From assembly GCA_905178155.1 (NCBI GenBank), contig CAJINV010000011.1, forward strand, positions 2,437,331 to 2,501,330: DNA of 64,000 nt, given 5' to 3'. Positions 58,870 to 64,000 of this stretch are shown piece by piece. This stretch comes from Amoebophrya sp. A120. Its lineage: Eukaryota; Protista; Dinoflagellata. The notes beneath the pieces are model-generated. The model was not told where the DNA came from, did no database searches, and saw only the letters and a list, made by a program, of their open reading frames with translations. Position 1 is the stretch's first letter; each line of letters opens with the position of its first letter. A program made the position numbers and the translations under genes.

Positions 58870-60507
58870 ATGGCCGACGACCGTGAGTTTCTTCGGAACG
58901 TTGATGCAACTTTTCCTGCTACCGTCCATCCCGATCCCGAATGGACGACCAGGACCATTACCAATCGTGATTTCCATCCGATTCCAGCCGCAGAGGCGGC
59001 AGACCGCGACCGGTTACATGGGGAATTCTACGAGACGCTAGACCTGTTCCGCCGGCGCGCGCGCGCGGGGCAAAGGGGGCCGCAGGACCAGCGGACGAGG
59101 AACCGGGACACTGAAAACCGCGCTCCAGAATTGACACCGGAGCTTCGTGAGGATGAAGGTATTCTTCCAGGAGGTCGCGGTCGCCGAGAGACTGCGGAAG
59201 ATTACTACCATCTGCTACGGCGGCAGAGACATGGAATTGACCCGGTCGTGCGGAACCGGACCGAGGGGACTCCCGCTGTCCCGCGTGATGTAACAAGAGA
59301 TATTGACTTCAATCCTCGCTTCGGACCGCCGCAACGACGACCGGCGGTTGTATTGCAACCGGCCTTGCGTCGAGAGGGCGAGGACCCCGTTGGTCTGCGC
59401 AACATTGACCGTGGGCACAGGAGACGTTCCCAACAAATCCCCCGACGAGATGTTGATCATCTCACGGTGCAACAGTTGCAATTACTCGAACCTCCAGCGC
59501 GGCAAAATTTGCGTGTAGCTTCGGAGTTGGACCTCGCGTTGGAGCGGCGCCGGGTGGAAGAAGCGTGTCAGGTCGTACGAGGACAAGTTTTCGGACAAAG
59601 ATGCACCCGACGGGCGCGAGGGACGCAAGCAGCAGGTGCTGCAGCAGGACCAAACAATCAAAATAATTCGCAACTTTTATCCCGTCCGGCGCGCCCTGCC
59701 CGTCGCAGCGCGCTGCGGCTTGCTGCGAGCGTCGCGGCGATGTTTAGTACTGCAGAACCGGTGGAATCGATGCTGTTTCGGCAAGATCCGGGAACCAAGG
59801 AGTGTTTTTTCGTGGAGTCCATGAACGGAGGACGGGAATTCCAGATTGATTACGAGGTGAACGCGCCGAATGACAACCTTCCGGAAATCCGGTTTTACGT
59901 GCAGAAGAAGGAGGATTACGACAAATTTTCGCCCTCGGCGATCCAAATGTCGACGGAGGTGGCCTGGAAAACCGAGCTGAACGCTTTTATCGGCGAGTAT
60001 AGTTAGAATTATGTTCGTCAACATTGTGTATAGTACTTAGCATCCTCGAATATCATTGCCCAGAACCAGTACCACCAACCTGCGGGGGAATCGATTTGCA
60101 TGACAAGGAGCAGGTAAGTGCTACTGTAGGACGAGAAGGCTTATGAAAATCATGAATGCGACTGTATCAGAACCTACGCCGTCTGCTTTGAGAGTCTGAA
60201 AGCGTCGGGGGAACAGTTCGTATCCGTCGACATCACCGAAGGCGACGTGTATTCGGACCTTCCCGCCGCCGCGACGCGGGCACAGAAAACCGCCATGCTG
60301 ACGGCGGAGCTCGCGCTGAAGGTGGAGCACGTGCGCGCGCAGCAGGACTTTGCTCTCACCCGGGAGGGATTCCAGCGGAAGATTGTCGCGGATCTCAACT
60401 CCCACTGTCTCTGGTGGACCGCGGTGGAAGCGCTGTGCACCGTCGGGTTTGCCATCATGCAAACGAAAGTGCTAAAAGGCTTCTTCGAAACCAAGGCGTA
60501 CGTGTAA
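58870..60507 (+). CDS. p24/emp24/GOLD (TMED) family protein (exons 58870-59996, 60171-60507; true start uncertain)
   Basis: PGTKECFF, spliced GETYAVCFES, C-terminal coiled coil, TM WWTAVEALCTVGFAIMQ and tail LKGFFETKAYV. Confidence 0.85.
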
Positions 60508-60964
60508 TTATGAGCGCTCCAGAAATTATTTGATTTATTGGAATCGGACCGCTTGCGAATGTGTTTTGCCTGCTGAACCTTGTCCCAACAACTAGAAGTA
60601 GTCGAGAATACAGAATCAGGAGCACAAGAAACGTCAACTTGTTTTGCGGGCAACGGCAAAGTTTGCTGCAGGGCAGACCAGCATTCGCCGTCGAAGGTGT
60701 TGTAGAAAGGGGGCAACGGATGACTATTTGAGTCTTTAGCTTCTTCATTTGAAGTTGAGCAACTGTCCGAATCAGGACCGCTCTCCTTGGGTTCAGGAGC
60801 ACGGCTCGCGCTCAGTTGTTTTCGGGCGAGTGCGAGTGAGGTCGCGTCTACTGTTTTCTACATATTCGTGGATCCGTCTCCTTTTGCTTTCTTGTCGTGC
60901 GCAGGCAAAATCCAATCTTGTTGACTTCTTAATCCAGCGTTGGCACTTACGCCTGCAAATAACA

Positions 60965-63754
60965 ATGATAACGGAAGATGATTCTTCCCCTGCCGACCTG
61001 CTTGAACTCGCACAGAACGCGGCGGCGCTGTTTGCGCGGTGTGGGCGCGATTCCCTGTGCGCGGCCACGCGCGTTGTGGTCGAGCGATTGCAGTTGGTCG
61101 CGTCAACATCCATCGGGACGGTGACTGACTCTTTGCAGAAAAACCGAATATTAACCACGGCCTCTTCTCCATTCAAGATTGACCTGATTCACGCGGAAGG
61201 CATTGCGGACGTGCTTCGATTTCTGCACTTGCTGGGAAATGTTGCGCTTCAGATCCTCCTCGCCGATCAGGACAAGAAGACGCGAATTAACGAGCCGCAA
61301 ACAGTGCCACAACGACTAGATCACTCTGCCCTCCCAGATCTCGCCACGCAGGAATTTTTTCGCGGCGAGCAAAAGCTGCGAGCTGTTGCGGATTTCTTGG
61401 AGCTGCAGCATCGTAGAACATCAAGTTCGGAAATAAGCGGAACAAGTGCAATAGCACAACCACCTGCAAAAACAACCGAAAACCTCCTTGCGGAAGATGC
61501 CGCGTTTCTGCAATCTTTTTTCGCATCCGGCGACGTATTGTGCTTCGTTCAGGCGTCTGGCTTATTTAGCCGGGGGAAGAAAATTGCGAAAGTTTCCGAG
61601 ATCCAAAGAGCGTTGCAGAACCGCTACCCAAACTCTGTAGACGACCTCAACAACGCTGTGCCGTTCAACGCAGCAGCAGGGGTGCTCGACCTGTTGCAAC
61701 TGTTTTGTGCGCGTAGTGGTGCGGAAGCATTTGGTATTCTTCTGTGTTGAAATTCAAATCTTCCATGATCTTGATCATCTTCTTTTGCAATAAGAAAGCA
61801 AAAGGGCCTCATACTGCTGGGTCACGTGTAAAATATGTCTATGCGATCGATGATCCTTGGAAATACCCACCGATCCGAAACTCCATCTTTCCTTTCGCAC
61901 GTGATGAGAAAACATGCGGCAATTTTTAAGCCTGGACTGAAGTGCTCGCGCTCAGTGTGGTTTAAACATGTAGGGTAAAAGCTGATGGTGCGGAAATAGA
62001 AACAGAAAGTAGGAGTACAGTGATCAGCACTCGACGTGAAATGAAAAATCTGATTCGTTGCCCACTTCAAATTCAAAATTTTTAGTGATCAAGCTTGATA
62101 GTAGAATTTGTTCTTACCGAGTGTAAAATCTGATCAATTTCTTGCGGTCCTCTCAGGCGACGATTCGGAGATTGACATCGCTACCTTCGCCCTGATCTTC
62201 GACACCGCGCGCCAAACCTTGTGGGCGTCTGTGGTTAGGAGAGATGAACAGTCTGATCTGGTGTCCTCCCCCGATAGAAGAATTGTGGAGAGCGAGGAAG
62301 ATCAAGATTCTCTCACCGCGGATTTGCAGCGCTACCAACAGATTTTACGATCTGGCGTTCAAGTGTTTTCTCCACCACCGACATGTGTTTGCTTGTCGCA
62401 TCGGGCGGGAAAAATAACCGGACCGCCTGTGGTCGGTATGGGGAACAACCAGAATATCACCGCTCTGAATGGCGACCACGCTACTAGCAGTCATGGCACC
62501 AACAGAAAGAGCTCGGGCCGCGCACTCTGGTATCTGCTCCGTCGTTTTGGAAGTCTAGTAGGAAGGGTGGCGCCGCGGCATGAAAACTCCACTGTAAATG
62601 AACAAGTACACGTACAAGGTCAAGGCGGACAAGGGCGAGGACCACCTTCTCAGACTGCAGAGCTAGATCGTACTGATCCCGAAGCAAAGTTCAGCTCCAT
62701 TTTCGTTTTAGACCGCAACGCGTGGGGATGCGGCCAGGAAGAACTGCAGCGGTGCTTCCGGGATGCTGTTGTTGTGACTGCGGCGAACAACGTCGGCTCC
62801 GCCGCGTGCAGCAGCACATCAAAGCAAGCTGCCCACTTCCTACAAATCCGGCCACCGGACCCGCCGCTTGCCTACGATTTGGTGGAAGAGATCAACGGGC
62901 GCAGTTCCCAGAGGACTGCGCTATTTGCGGGAATAGCAAATGCGGACAAAAATAAATCCAAAAAAAGCATCATCCTTCAAGACACCAACGCGGACCGACT
63001 CCGCTATATTCTACAAACCGCACCACACCTGGCGCCGCATTTCAACTCCAAGAATGTTGTGAACATGATAACGGAGGCGGAGGACAAGGCGGTGCATGCC
63101 CACATCAAGCTGTGTCGAACGTTGCTCGACGCGGAAAACGTTTTGTTTGACAAAAGCCAGCGGTTGGTGGAGCTGTATCAGCCGATTCATGATCATTTTT
63201 ATCGTGCAGGACGAGAGAAACAGCGGCCATCAACAACTTCCAGTCAGAGAAGACTCTTCCGTTCCGCGCACCGGCTGCCAAACCTGCTGATCCAGCACAA
63301 ACTCGACCTACGGACACTGGTTGAAGCGACGGGAGAGAAGCTTGGTGATGCCCGAGCCGCAGATCCGCACGGGGAGAACAAAGACTGGGTAGCTTGGCAG
63401 GCTGGACAGTTTTTGCAAGAGGAAAGTTCTGTTTACCCACTGGAAGGACACGGAGATAATCAAAATGATCCTTCGATGCAGTGTGCAACTGCTGTCGGGA
63501 CAAGGGCCGCTGCGGAGACCAGCGGGGGCGGTGGTGGCGCAGCGATTGCAGTGAAAAAACACACGGACGCCTGCGAAATCGAAAAGAACGGTACAGGGTT
63601 CGTGTATAAACTGTTTGATAGAAGTTGTGATGCTGATGTCTCTGTAGATGATGATGATGATCATGATGTAGTAGTTGATCCCGTAGTTTCCACCCGCGCG
63701 CCCTACTATCCACAGATCCTTGAAGCACTGTGCGAGCTTTCCCTTTGCCTGTGA
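60965..63754 (+). CDS. Protein of unknown function (exons 60965-61733, 62157-63754)
   Basis: Phase-1 GT-AG intron 61734-62156 joins two long ORFs. Confidence 0.7.
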
Positions 63755-64000
63755 CTTGACCTATCAGTGGTATAGCAACTTCATTTGTGGGGCTTTTACA
63801 TTCATCTGAGCGCTTTTCTCCGCTCATTTTGATTCCCTGCAATTGGAACAGAAATTTGATGTTTCTTTCTTTCGCCTTCCGTTTCCGCCCTTGCGCTCCT
63901 TCAATCGCAATTTCTGAATGGGTTCAATTGTACCCAGCCACAGATCCTTGAAGCACTGTGCGAGCTTTCCGTTTGCCTGTGACTTGACCTATCAGTGGTA
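63710..64000 (+). repeat. Direct repeat of at least 63 bp, period 228 bp, running off the window end
   Basis: 63710-63772 equals 63938-64000 with one mismatch. Confidence 0.92.

Noticed and set aside
62960-63160. Possible HAD/FCP1-like phosphatase similarity
   Set aside because: No convincing DxDxT catalytic motif; resemblance by eye only.

Overview
Eukaryotic, intron-containing DNA with about 20 genes, all on the + strand. The architecture points to the parasitic dinoflagellate Amoebophrya (Syndiniales); this is an inference, not a database match. Recognisable products are a cyclin, a single-domain voltage-gated cation channel with two EF-hands, an MFS transporter, a STELLO/DUF288 glycosyltransferase-like protein, DPH2, two tandem F-box-like paralogs, ribosomal protein eS1/S3a and a p24/GOLD protein. 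The dominant feature is 14 introner elements in 4 families. All have TAT...ATA terminal inverted repeats (TIRs) and 5-bp direct repeats (DRs), and all sit inside coding exons. Removing each element plus one DR restores the reading frame, yet only 1 of 14 can be read as GT-AG. New-looking details: DR mismatches are almost all synonymous, one copy is inverted, and an internal motif is shared across families. Three Helitron2/Helentron-like insertions (2 families) and several local duplications are also present. All splice models were built by hand from the sequence.
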